Source: Chloroflexota bacterium
GTDB taxonomy: Bacteria; Chloroflexota; UBA6077; FW602-bin22; JAMCVK01
Reading direction: 5' to 3'
Length of the DNA: 64,000 nt
Assembly: GCA_023475225.1 (NCBI GenBank)
Contig: JAMCVK010000021.1
Location: forward strand, 14,132 to 78,131
Part shown: piece after piece, positions 48,048 through 57,014 of the stretch
Layout: every line of letters starts with the position of its first letter
How positions within the stretch are numbered: position 1 is the stretch's first letter
Made by a program: the position numbers and the translations under genes
Notes under the pieces: model-generated
Databases searched by the model: none
What the model was told of the DNA's origin: nothing
The model's input: only the letters and a program-made list of their open reading frames with translations

Positions 48048-49229
48048 ATGGTTAAGAAGATGATTGAGGGCTCACGAGCCATAGCCGAAATGGTAGGCCT
48101 CTGTCGGCCTCAGGTCATCGCCGCTTATCCCATCACACCCCAGACGCATATCGTAGAGGAACTCTCGCAGCTGGTTGCCAATGGAGAGCTTCAGGCAGAG
48201 TACGTCAACGTGGAGAGCGAGTTCTCAGCCGCCTCGGTGATCCTGGGGGCCAGTGCCACCGGGGTACGTACCTATACGGCCACCACCTCCCAAGGGCTAT
48301 TGCTGATGATCGAGGTGCTCTACAACATCGCCGGACTGCGTCTCCCTGTTGTTCTGGGCTGTGCCAATCGCGCTATCTCTGCACCTATAAACATCTGGAA
48401 TGATCAGCAGGATTCCATCACGGCGCGCGATACCGGTTGGATTCAGCTCTACGCTGAGAGTAACCAGGAAGCGGCAGACCTTCACCTGCAGGCCTATCGC
48501 ATTGCCGAGGACCAGCGTGTACTCCTACCAGTGATGGTTTGTCTGGACGGATATGTCTTGACTCATGCCTATGAGACGGTAGATCTCCCCTCGCAAGAGG
48601 AGGTGGACGCCTTCTTACCCCCCTTCCGTCCGCTGTATCGCCTGGACCCGGCCAATCCCCTCACCTTTGGCACCCTGGCTGACCCCAGCTGCTATATGGA
48701 GACGCGCTATATTCTGCAGCGGACCACCGGGAAAGCCTTGGCGGTCATCGAGGAAACAGCCACCGCCTTCCAGAAGGCCTTTGGACGCCGCAGTGGTGGC
48801 TTGATCGACTGTTATAAGACGGAGGACGCCGCTATCATTCTCGTGGCGATGGGCTCTGTGGTCGGTACGATCAAAGAGGCTGTCGATGAGCTGCGTGCTG
48901 CTGGGCAAAAAGTGGGCGTATTAAAGGTCATTACCCATCGGCCCTTCCCTAAAGAAGCCATCTATCAGGCCTTGCACGGGGCAGAGCATGTGATTGTCCT
49001 GGAGAAGGCCATCTCCTTAGGTAACGGTGGCCCCTTGGCCACGGAGATCAAGGCTACTTTCCAGGAGCGTCCGCAGAGGGTGGCGATAAGCTCAGTCATC
49101 GCCGGCTTGGGTGGGCGCGATATAACCGTGGATAGTATCAAAAGGGCTGTGGCTATGGCTCGCGAGAGGGTCTTAGATGGTGAATTCCTTGATCTCCGAG
49201 CAGATTTGGAGATAGAAGAGGTAGCTTAA
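48048..49229 (+). CDS. porA: Pyruvate:ferredoxin oxidoreductase, alpha subunit
   Basis: GSRAIAEMVGLCRPQVIAAYPITPQT and a full-length alpha-subunit-like sequence. Confidence 0.9.
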   Translation: MVKKMIEGSRAIAEMVGLCRPQVIAAYPITPQTHIVEELSQLVANGELQAEYVNVESEFSAASVILGASATGVRTYTATTSQGLLLMIEVLYNIAGLRLPVVLGCANRAISAPINIWNDQQDSITARDTGWIQLYAESNQEAADLHLQAYRIAEDQRVLLPVMVCLDGYVLTHAYETVDLPSQEEVDAFLPPFRPLYRLDPANPLTFGTLADPSCYMETRYILQRTTGKALAVIEETATAFQKAFGRRSGGLIDCYKTEDAAIILVAMGSVVGTIKEAVDELRAAGQKVGVLKVITHRPFPKEAIYQALHGAEHVIVLEKAISLGNGGPLATEIKATFQERPQRVAISSVIAGLGGRDITVDSIKRAVAMARERVLDGEFLDLRADLEIEEVA

Positions 49230-49296
49230 GAGTGTTAAGGGTAGTTGAATGTTTTCACCTGCCCGCAAAATTTTGTATCCACTGTAGGAGTTAAAG

Positions 49297-50181
49297 ATGG
49301 AGAACGATCATCTTTTTGCGCCGGGGCACACCGCCTGCACTGGTTGTGGGCAAGCCTTAGGGGTACGGCTGGTGCTCAAGGCCGCCGGACGCAACGTCAT
49401 CACCACCGATGCCACCGGCTGCCTGGAGGTTTTCAGCTCGGCCTACCCCTATTCGGCCTGGGAGGTGCCCTGGATTCATTCCCTGTTTGAGAACTCGGCG
49501 GCTGTGGCCTCTGGGATAGAAGTGGCTTTGAAAGTGACCGGTCGTCTGGAACAGATCAAGGTTATTGCCCAAGGGGGCGATGGCGGTACGGCTGATATTG
49601 GCCTACAGGCACTCTCCGGCATGTTTGAGCGAGGACACGACGTGCTTTACGTCTGCTACGATAATGAGGCTTATATGAACACCGGGGTACAGCGCAGCGG
49701 CCTGACGCCCTACGCCGCGCGCACTACTACCAGTCCACCCGGCCGGCTCTCCTGGGGAAATGCTCGACCTAAAAAGGACCTGCCGGCCATCGCCGCCGCC
49801 CATCACATCCCCTATGTGGCTACCGCCTCGGTAGGCTATCCCTACGATCTCGATAAAAAGGTCAAGAAGGCCCTCTCCCTCGGTGGACCTAAATACATCC
49901 AGCTCCACGTGCCCTGTCCTTTGGGCTGGGCCCATGAGGCCGCATTGACCATCGAGATCGCCAAGCTGGCTGTGCAGACTGGGCTTTACCCGCTCTTTGA
50001 GATGGAGAACGGCGTGCTCAGCGCGGTCAAGAAGATCGCTAAACCGAAGCCGGTGGAGGAATACCTCAAGCTCCAGGGACGTTTTCGGCACCTCTTCCAG
50101 AAAGAGGGTGGGGCGGAGGAGATCAAGACTATTCAGGGAATCGCTGATGAGAATATCCAACGCTACAGACTCGTAGGCTGA
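49297..50181 (+). CDS. porB: Pyruvate:ferredoxin oxidoreductase, beta subunit (TPP-binding)
   Basis: [18 protein letters not shown] and [13 protein letters not shown]-binding motifs. Confidence 0.9.
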   Translation: MENDHLFAPGHTACTGCGQALGVRLVLKAAGRNVITTDATGCLEVFSSAYPYSAWEVPWIHSLFENSAAVASGIEVALKVTGRLEQIKVIAQGGDGGTADIGLQALSGMFERGHDVLYVCYDNEAYMNTGVQRSGLTPYAARTTTSPPGRLSWGNARPKKDLPAIAAAHHIPYVATASVGYPYDLDKKVKKALSLGGPKYIQLHVPCPLGWAHEAALTIEIAKLAVQTGLYPLFEMENGVLSAVKKIAKPKPVEEYLKLQGRFRHLFQKEGGAEEIKTIQGIADENIQRYRLVG

Positions 50182-50199
50182 ACTGGCTAGGGAGTGACC

Positions 50200-51378
50200 A
50201 TGGAACCAGTCAAAATGAAGGATGGTCTCTACTGGATCGGATCCTTGGATCCGGACCTGCGCACCTTCGATATCATTTTTCGCACCGAGCGCGGCACAAC
50301 CTACAACTCTTACCTGGTAAGGGGCACAGAGAAAACAGCTGTAATCGATACCGTCAAGGCCCGTTTCCAAGAAGAATTCATATCCAAGATAAAGGTCTTG
50401 ATCGATCCCCGAGAGATCGACTACATCGTCCTGAATCATACTGAACCAGACCACTCAGGGGCCCTTCCCAAGCTTCTGGAAGCGGCAACCTCGGCCCGCC
50501 TGATCATCTCTAAGCCGGCCAATCATTTTGTGCGGAATCTCTTCAATCGTGACCTCGACCCCTGGGTAGTCGGGGATGGGGATACCGTCGATCTGGGAGG
50601 AAGGACTCTGCGGTTCATCTCTGCCCCCTTTCTACACTGGCCAGACACGATGTTCACCTATCTGGTCGAGGATAAGATCCTTTTCCCCTGCGACGCCTTC
50701 AGCTGTCACTTCTGCGACGACAGGCTCTACAACGATCTGGTAGATGATTTCAGTGCCTATTTCCGTTATTACTTCAATGGCATTATGCGGCCGTTCAAAG
50801 AGCAGGTGCAAAAGGCAGTAGAAAGGATCAGGGGACTGGAGATCGAAATCGTCGCCCCTTCCCACGGCCCCATCTTGCGCCATAATCCCTGGGAATATAT
50901 CAACCGCTATGCCGAATGGAGCCGCTTACCCAAGCCCGGGGCAAAGAAGGTCCTGATCTTCTACGTCAGCATCTATGGAAATACCAGGGCGATGGCTGAG
51001 GAGATCGCCAGGGGCGCCTCTATAGACGGGGTTGAAGTCAGGCTTCTGGATGTTACGCAGATCAAGCCGGACCAGATCCTGGATGAGGTGGAAGCGGCGG
51101 CGGCGATCGTCATTGGTTCACCTACTGTTTGTGGTGATGCCCTGCCGCTGATCTGGGAGCTTCTTTCCAGCCTGACCACCATCCGGCTGCGGGGCAAGGT
51201 TGGAGCGGCCTTCGGTTCTTACGCCTGGAGTGGGGAGGCCGTGCCAATGATCGAGGAAAGACTTAAAAGCCTGCACTTTAAGGTTATTGAACCGGGGCTC
51301 AAGGTCACCTTGGCCCCAACGGAGGATGATCGGCGTAGGGCCCGTGAGCTGGGACGGCAGATAGCCGAAAGCTTGTGA
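50200..51378 (+). CDS. fprA: Flavodiiron protein (FprA-type O2/NO reductase: metallo-beta-lactamase + flavodoxin domains)
   Basis: NHTEPDHSG diiron motif and a C-terminal flavodoxin-like domain (VLIFYVSIYGNTRAMA). ATG 50200 follows AGGGAG. The ORF track starts at GTG 50194. Confidence 0.88.
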   Translation: MEPVKMKDGLYWIGSLDPDLRTFDIIFRTERGTTYNSYLVRGTEKTAVIDTVKARFQEEFISKIKVLIDPREIDYIVLNHTEPDHSGALPKLLEAATSARLIISKPANHFVRNLFNRDLDPWVVGDGDTVDLGGRTLRFISAPFLHWPDTMFTYLVEDKILFPCDAFSCHFCDDRLYNDLVDDFSAYFRYYFNGIMRPFKEQVQKAVERIRGLEIEIVAPSHGPILRHNPWEYINRYAEWSRLPKPGAKKVLIFYVSIYGNTRAMAEEIARGASIDGVEVRLLDVTQIKPDQILDEVEAAAAIVIGSPTVCGDALPLIWELLSSLTTIRLRGKVGAAFGSYAWSGEAVPMIEERLKSLHFKVIEPGLKVTLAPTEDDRRRARELGRQIAESL

Positions 51379-51430
51379 GTTCGCTTCTTAAGGCGTGTAC
51401 ACAATACGTCTTTAATTAAGGAGGAGAGGT

Positions 51431-52267
51431 ATGGCAGATTATCTTATGCGGGATCAGGCGCCCCTTACTGCGGAACAGTGGGAGCATATCGACAAAGTAG
51501 TGACAGAAGTGGCCCAACGCACGCTGGTGGGCCGACGCTTCATCCCTATTTTCGGTCCTCTCGGCGTTGGAATACAGGTTATCCCCAAACCTGCCTTCTA
51601 CGGCGCCGAGGCCGGCGTAGAGGAATTGTCGAAGGAAAAGGAAGCCAGAGCTGCAAAGTATATCCCTCTGTACACCATCCAAAGGGATTTTGTATTACAC
51701 TGGAGGGAACTTGAGACCAGCAAGCAGCTCAATATGCCTTTAGAGCTGGGTCCGGCGGCTGCGTCTGCCGCCTTCTGTGCTCAAGCGGAGGATAACCTCA
51801 TTTTCAATGGCAACCGTGGGCTTGGCTGCGAAGGACTGCTTAACGCCGAGGGGAGAAACTTGCTTCCCCTCAGTGACTGGACAGCGACAGGTAATGCCTT
51901 TCGGGATGTGGTGGCGGCCACAGAGAAGCTGCTATCGGCTGGCTTTTTTGGCCCTTACGCTGCGGTGTTGAGTCCACAACTATACGCCGCCATACATAAG
52001 GTCTATGAGAATACCAGTGTCCTGGAGATCGAACAGGTGCGCAAAATCATCACCGATGGCGTTTACTATTCACCATCCTTGCTGGCGGATAGTGGACTGA
52101 TTGTAGCGACTGGTTTGCAGAATATGGACCTGGTCATTGCCCAAGATTTAGTTACCGCTTTCCTGGAGACCAGTAACATGGATCACCGCTTCCGGGTCCT
52201 GGAAATCCTGGCCCTGCGCATCAAGCGACCAGGCGCCATTTGTGTGTTGGAGGGTGGGCCAGCCTAA
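51431..52267 (+). CDS. Family 1 encapsulin nanocompartment shell protein (HK97 fold, linocin M18-like)
   Basis: MADYLMRDQAPLTAEQWEHIDKVVTEVAQRTLVGRRFIPIFGPLG parallels the T. maritima encapsulin N-terminus. 278 aa. Strong RBS AAGGAGGAGAGG. Confidence 0.88.
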   Translation: MADYLMRDQAPLTAEQWEHIDKVVTEVAQRTLVGRRFIPIFGPLGVGIQVIPKPAFYGAEAGVEELSKEKEARAAKYIPLYTIQRDFVLHWRELETSKQLNMPLELGPAAASAAFCAQAEDNLIFNGNRGLGCEGLLNAEGRNLLPLSDWTATGNAFRDVVAATEKLLSAGFFGPYAAVLSPQLYAAIHKVYENTSVLEIEQVRKIITDGVYYSPSLLADSGLIVATGLQNMDLVIAQDLVTAFLETSNMDHRFRVLEILALRIKRPGAICVLEGGPA

Positions 52268-52410
52268 CGTTAATTTCTGCTACCACCATATATTGTGTAT
52301 AATGCTCTTGATGCTGCTATATATGGTGTTTCAGTAGCGTAAAATTACGACCTTTCACACAATCTGACGTTAGACGAAACGGCGGCGCATATGTAATAAA
52401 AGGGATAGGA

Positions 52411-53484
52411 ATGCGAAAAACCACAGCTTATCAACAAACAATTTTCCCAGACCTAACTGCCGAGTTTCCTTCCACCCGCTATCAGGGTAGCAAGGCGAAA
52501 CTGGCGGACTGGATTGGGGAGCAAATCGCGGATTTGGGTTTTATGACCTGTTTGGACGCCTTTGGCGGTAGTGGTAGCGTCGCTTATCGTTTAAAGCAGG
52601 CAGGCAAGCGGGTTACATATAATGACTTGCTCCGCTTCAACTACTACACTGGACTGGCACTGATCGAGAACAGCCGAACCCGGCTCAGCCCTGAGGAGGT
52701 AAGCTGGCTTCTGCAGAGACACCCAGAGATCACGTATCCGTATTTTGTCCGTGACAATTTCCATGACATCTACTTCACTGATGAAGAGAATGCCTGGATT
52801 GACCAAGCGATTACCAACACTCGCCAACTCACCGATCCCTACAAGTTCGCGCTGGCGTTTTTCGCTCTGTGTCAAGCCTGCATTATCAAGCGACCCTACA
52901 ACCTGTTTCATCGAAAAAACCTCTACATACGTTTCGCCGAAGTGGTGCGCTCGTTTGGAAACAAGACCACCTGGGATAGGCCCTTCGACGAGTGGTTTCG
53001 CATTTTCATCGGAGAAGCGAATCAAGCCGTCTTTGACAACAGCCAGATGAACCGTGCCTTGAACCTTGACGCTGCTGATGTGCCTGGCGAATATGACCTG
53101 GTATATGTAGATACGCCTTACATCTCCAACCGTGGCGTAGCTGTCGACTACTTGTGCTTTTATCACTTCTTAGAAGGATTGACGATGTACGATGAGTGGG
53201 GCAAGCATATAGATCACAGATCAAAGCATCGCCGCTTAATGCCACGACCGAGCGAATGGACTGACAAGAACCGAATTCATGCCGCCTTTGATCGCTTATT
53301 CCAACGATACCAGAAAAGCATCATTGTGGTTTCTTATCGAAGCGATGGTATCCCCTCCGAATCGGAGCTCGCGTCCCTTCTCAAGCAATATAAGCGCAAT
53401 GTACGCGTCGAGCATTTTGGCCAGTATAAATACGTGTTATCTACCAATTCCGAGTCTGGAGAAATTCTCCTGATTGGGACATAG
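52411..53484 (+). CDS. Dam-like (D12 class) N6-adenine DNA methyltransferase, M.EcoRV-like
   Basis: Motif I DAFGGSGSVAY and motif IV VYVDTPY. Located directly upstream of an EcoRV-like endonuclease. Confidence 0.85.
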   Translation: MRKTTAYQQTIFPDLTAEFPSTRYQGSKAKLADWIGEQIADLGFMTCLDAFGGSGSVAYRLKQAGKRVTYNDLLRFNYYTGLALIENSRTRLSPEEVSWLLQRHPEITYPYFVRDNFHDIYFTDEENAWIDQAITNTRQLTDPYKFALAFFALCQACIIKRPYNLFHRKNLYIRFAEVVRSFGNKTTWDRPFDEWFRIFIGEANQAVFDNSQMNRALNLDAADVPGEYDLVYVDTPYISNRGVAVDYLCFYHFLEGLTMYDEWGKHIDHRSKHRRLMPRPSEWTDKNRIHAAFDRLFQRYQKSIIVVSYRSDGIPSESELASLLKQYKRNVRVEHFGQYKYVLSTNSESGEILLIGT

Positions 53485-53505
53485 ATTCTACCGGGTGCAG
53501 CAAAG

Positions 53506-54294
53506 ATGACCATGGACGATTTCAGGGAGAGCCTGTTAGCACACTTTGACATATTCAGACGCACCCTTGCCACAGACACTGGCGACTGGGTTGTCAAAGG
53601 ATTCATTGATGCGTACCGAAACATCTATACCATCTCGGTAGATACAAAAGTCGTCTCCAAGATCATCGAGCTGATGCTTTTTCCGGTCATCTCACGGTTT
53701 GCTGTAGAGCACAACTACAGAATGGTGCTCAGTGAGCATCAAAATCATTATCCCGACATCAGTTTCATAGCGCCAGATGAGACAAAGATCGCCCTTGACC
53801 TTAAAAGCACGTATCGAACGGATAGAGAAACGGTAAACGGCTTTACGCTGGGCGCCTTCACCGGGTACTTTCGGCAGCGCAAATCCACCAAGAATACCAC
53901 CTTCCCGTATGAACATTACGCTGCGCACTTTGTTCTGGGCATCATCTATAGCCGTAGCGACGAGGCTGTTGATGAACGCCGTGTTTATACGCTGGATGAT
54001 CTGCGGAACATCATATCGGTGGTCAAGGATTTCACCTTTCTGTGTCAAGAGAAATGGCGAATTGCCAGCGATCGACCTGGAAGCGGAAATACTAAGAACA
54101 TCGGTTCATTCAAAGATATCCAAGCCTTGGTTGAAGGCAATGGCCCGTTTGCCCCTTATGGGCAAGAAGTGTTCGACGATTACTGGATGAACTTCATGAC
54201 GGAAGACATGGCGCGGGCCATCGACTCGGATGTCCATTATCGGAATCTTGAAGAATATTGGGAGTGGCGTGATCGTGTTGCTCGGAGAAGATAG
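53506..54294 (+). CDS. Type II restriction endonuclease, EcoRV family
   Basis: Colinear with EcoRV as recalled. DTKVVSKIIELMLFPVI (EcoRV DTKVLSTIFELFSRPII), HQNHYPDISF (QQNHYPDFTL), KIALDLKSTY (KIAIDIKTTY, the PD...DxK site), GSGNTKNIGS (GSGNTTNIGS). Confidence 0.88.
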   Translation: MTMDDFRESLLAHFDIFRRTLATDTGDWVVKGFIDAYRNIYTISVDTKVVSKIIELMLFPVISRFAVEHNYRMVLSEHQNHYPDISFIAPDETKIALDLKSTYRTDRETVNGFTLGAFTGYFRQRKSTKNTTFPYEHYAAHFVLGIIYSRSDEAVDERRVYTLDDLRNIISVVKDFTFLCQEKWRIASDRPGSGNTKNIGSFKDIQALVEGNGPFAPYGQEVFDDYWMNFMTEDMARAIDSDVHYRNLEEYWEWRDRVARRR

Positions 54295-54450
54295 AACGTG
54301 CCACCGCATCGTCTAACAGCGGCTGAAGGGCTTCGGGGCTATGTACTTTCGCCCAAATCGCCTTCTGCAACTTGTTTTAGTCGCAAGACGCTAGGCATCG
54401 TTGTGCCACTTTAGACAGTCAGCACATAGCAAGGTGTGAGGGGAAGCTGA

Positions 54451-54966
54451 ATGGACAAGAGCAAGCGTAGAATGATTGAAGGGTGGATTGACAAAGCTTC
54501 GACTCAACTGCGAGCAGCTAAAGAGCATCTGAAGTCTTATACTCGGTATTCAGAATCCATACAAGCGTCCCAGGAATGCATCGAGCTTTCGGTCAAATCA
54601 ACCCTCTCCCTGCTGGATGTTGAATACCCTCCAAGCCATGGCTGGAATAGGGAGCAATTCACTGGAATCGCAAAGCAGATCCAAGAGAGACGGCTCCTGG
54701 ATAGACTCGCCGCGCAGAACTTGGGCTATATCCGCTTGCCGAGACTCTTGTTTCTGGCGAACTTCTGGGCCCAGTTCTACTTGCCAGCCAAGTACGGCTT
54801 CGAGGTTGAGTATCTGGCGCCAGCTCAGGATTTGTTTGACAAAAATGAAGCTGACCTTGCTGTGCAACATGCTGAGGAATGTTACAGGGTTGCATCACAA
54901 CTCAGGAACCTTAGCGGAGACGGACTGGCCGGCATCGTTTCGCAACCTGAGGACTTGGCTCACTAG
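54451..54966 (+). CDS. HEPN-like four-helix protein (orphan, no adjacent nucleotidyltransferase)
   Basis: IEGWIDKASTQLRAAKEHLKSYTRYSESIQASQECIELSVKSTLSLL resembles the first two HEPN helices. No canonical C-terminal Rx4-6H motif was identified. Confidence 0.5.
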   Translation: MDKSKRRMIEGWIDKASTQLRAAKEHLKSYTRYSESIQASQECIELSVKSTLSLLDVEYPPSHGWNREQFTGIAKQIQERRLLDRLAAQNLGYIRLPRLLFLANFWAQFYLPAKYGFEVEYLAPAQDLFDKNEADLAVQHAEECYRVASQLRNLSGDGLAGIVSQPEDLAH

Positions 54967-55052
54967 GATTAGAAGCTGAAGGCAAGAGCATAAGGTGCTA
55001 AGCTCAATAACGTGCGCCAGGTATTCGGATCCTGCTCGAGCGGCAAGTGGCA

Positions 55053-55077
55053 CAGCGATCACATAATGTGATCGCTG
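55053..55077. promoter_or_regulatory. Perfect 12-1-12 palindrome, candidate operator upstream of rubrerythrin-mntH
   Basis: cagcgatcacat-a-atgtgatcgctg lies about 110 nt upstream of the rbr start codon. There is no T-tract, so it is unlikely to be a terminator. Confidence 0.4.
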
Positions 55078-55189
55078 ACTCTGGGCTGCAGGCTTCGCCC
55101 AAATGCCGCTTCGCGGCACTTCGTCAACCGCTGGACGTCACGCGACATTTTGCTTGGCAGCTAAATTGAAGAAGGGAGTAAAAACAGCA

Positions 55190-55693
55190 ATGAGGAAGAT
55201 GACCGAGGAGAATCTGAAGGCGGCTTTTGCCGGTGAGAGTCAGGCTCATATGAAGTATCTCATCTTCGCCGATCGCGCTGAGAAAGAGGGCCATGCCAAT
55301 GTGGCCCGTCTCTTCCGAGCCATCGCCTACGCCGAACAGGTGCATGCCACTAACCATTTCAAGGAGCTGGGGCAGCTGGGAGCTACGCCGGCTAACTTAG
55401 GGGCGGCCATAGCGGGGGAGACCTTTGAAGTGGAAGAGATGTACCCGGCCTATAACGAGGTGGCCAGGTTGCAGGAGGAGAGGGGAGCCCAAAGGAGTAC
55501 CCACTATGCCCTTGAGGCGGAGAAGATCCACGCCCGCCTCTATACCGAGGCCAGACAGGCCGTGGAAGGCGGTAGGGATATCCAGATAGGCGATGTCTTC
55601 ATCTGTGACGTATGCGGGCATACAGTAGTGGGTGAGCCTCCGGAGAAGTGCCCGATCTGTGGGGCCCCACGCAACCGCTACAAGAAGTTCTGA
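55190..55693 (+). CDS. rbr: Rubrerythrin
   Basis: LKAAFAGESQAHMKY, the EQVHATNH diiron four-helix bundle and the C-terminal rubredoxin-like CDVCGH...CPICGAP. ATG 55190 is preferred over ORF start 55103. Confidence 0.9.
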   Translation: MRKMTEENLKAAFAGESQAHMKYLIFADRAEKEGHANVARLFRAIAYAEQVHATNHFKELGQLGATPANLGAAIAGETFEVEEMYPAYNEVARLQEERGAQRSTHYALEAEKIHARLYTEARQAVEGGRDIQIGDVFICDVCGHTVVGEPPEKCPICGAPRNRYKKF

Positions 55694-55724
55694 GCGCGAA
55701 CGTCTTTTTGTCTCTTCCACCCAG

Positions 55725-56954
55725 ATGACTCTGGGCCAAAGCGTGAAGGCCAAAAAGGATAATCTCCTGGCCCTGGTCACCGATATGGGGCCTGGCTTCC
55801 TTGTTGCTGTCGGTTTCATCGACCCAGGTAATATCGCCACCAATGTGGTGGCCGGGGCAAACTACGGCTATCAACTCCTTTGGGTAGTGGTGCTCAGCAC
55901 CCTGATGGTCATCCTGATGCAGGAGATGGCTGCCAGACTCGGTGTTGCCAGCCACCGTTGTCTCTCCGAAGCCATCGCCACCCAATTCGGTCGGGGATGG
56001 TCACTCCTGCTAGCACCATTGGTGCTCATCGGCAGCGTGGCCACGGTGATGGCCGAGCTACTGGGCGCTGCGCTTGGCTTGCATTTGCTGTTTGGTATAC
56101 CGCTATGGTTGGGTGGAGCACTCACCGCCTTGGCCGCCGCTATCATCATTTGGCGCGGACAATACCATCACGTAGAAGACATCATCGTTGGCTTCGTCGG
56201 GATCATCGGTCTCTGCTACCTGATCGAGCTGTTCATCGCCACCCCTGACTGGGGCCAGGTGCTGCGCTCCAGCTTGATTCCCCACCTCAGCACCAATAAT
56301 ACCCTCCTAGCCGTCGGCATTCTGGGCGCTATCCTCATGCCCTCTAACCTTTACCTGCACTCCTCCATCGTGCAAGAGAAGGATTGGTCAGAGGCAAAAC
56401 TCCACCACGAATTCATCGATACTACTGTGAGTATGATTGTTGGTGGATTTATAAATGCGGCTATTATCATAGTCGCTGCGGCCATCTTCTTCAGCCAAGG
56501 ACATGCGGTCCGAGACATCGCCGATGCAGCGATCACCCTGACCCCTTTGGCCGGCGAGCTCGCTCACTACCTTTTCGCCCTCGCCCTCTTCTTTGCTGGC
56601 TTTGCCTCCTCTATCACCGGTGCTATGGCCGGCTCCTACGGCATCGGCGGTTTCGTCTTTGGCACTCAACACCACAGTGATAAGCCGTTCCGTCTCGGCT
56701 TCATCGCCATTCTAGCGATGGCCTTAATCATAGTTTGCCTTGGTTTAGATCCCCTTGGGGTCTTGGTAATCAGCCAGGCCGTCTTAGGCGTACTGCTGCC
56801 CTTCACCGTGATTCCTCTCTTGCTCCTGATGCGACGACGCAGTTTGGTAGGGAGCTATATCAATCGGGCCGCCTTCCACTATCTAGGTTGGGGAACAGCC
56901 ATCGCCGCCGTCGCTATGGACGTGATCCTCCTCATGAGCTTGCTGAGTCCCTAG
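55725..56954 (+). CDS. mntH: NRAMP family divalent metal (Mn2+/Fe2+) transporter
   Basis: GPGFLVAVGFIDPGNIATN signature, MPSNLYLHSS motif, 11-12 TM. The start is uncertain (ATG 55725 chosen; the ORF begins at 55632 and overlaps rbr). Confidence 0.88.
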   Translation: MTLGQSVKAKKDNLLALVTDMGPGFLVAVGFIDPGNIATNVVAGANYGYQLLWVVVLSTLMVILMQEMAARLGVASHRCLSEAIATQFGRGWSLLLAPLVLIGSVATVMAELLGAALGLHLLFGIPLWLGGALTALAAAIIIWRGQYHHVEDIIVGFVGIIGLCYLIELFIATPDWGQVLRSSLIPHLSTNNTLLAVGILGAILMPSNLYLHSSIVQEKDWSEAKLHHEFIDTTVSMIVGGFINAAIIIVAAAIFFSQGHAVRDIADAAITLTPLAGELAHYLFALALFFAGFASSITGAMAGSYGIGGFVFGTQHHSDKPFRLGFIAILAMALIIVCLGLDPLGVLVISQAVLGVLLPFTVIPLLLLMRRRSLVGSYINRAAFHYLGWGTAIAAVAMDVILLMSLLSP

Positions 56955-56970
56955 GATCGAGTTGAAAATC

Positions 56971-56979
56971 TGCTATAAT
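56971..56979 (+). promoter_or_regulatory. Candidate extended -10 promoter element (TGcTATAAT)
   Basis: tgctataat lies about 36 nt upstream of ATG 57015. Confidence 0.3.
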
Positions 56980-57014
56980 ACTGCTTAATTTTAAGGCGTT
57001 TCAGGGGTAAGGGA

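Noticed and set aside
52268-52410. Inverted repeat caccatatat...atatatggtg after the encapsulin gene, as a possible terminator or methyltransferase-operator.
   Set aside because: The arms are separated by ~25 nt with no T-tract, and the region is simply AT-rich cassette boundary DNA. The support is insufficient to call a feature.
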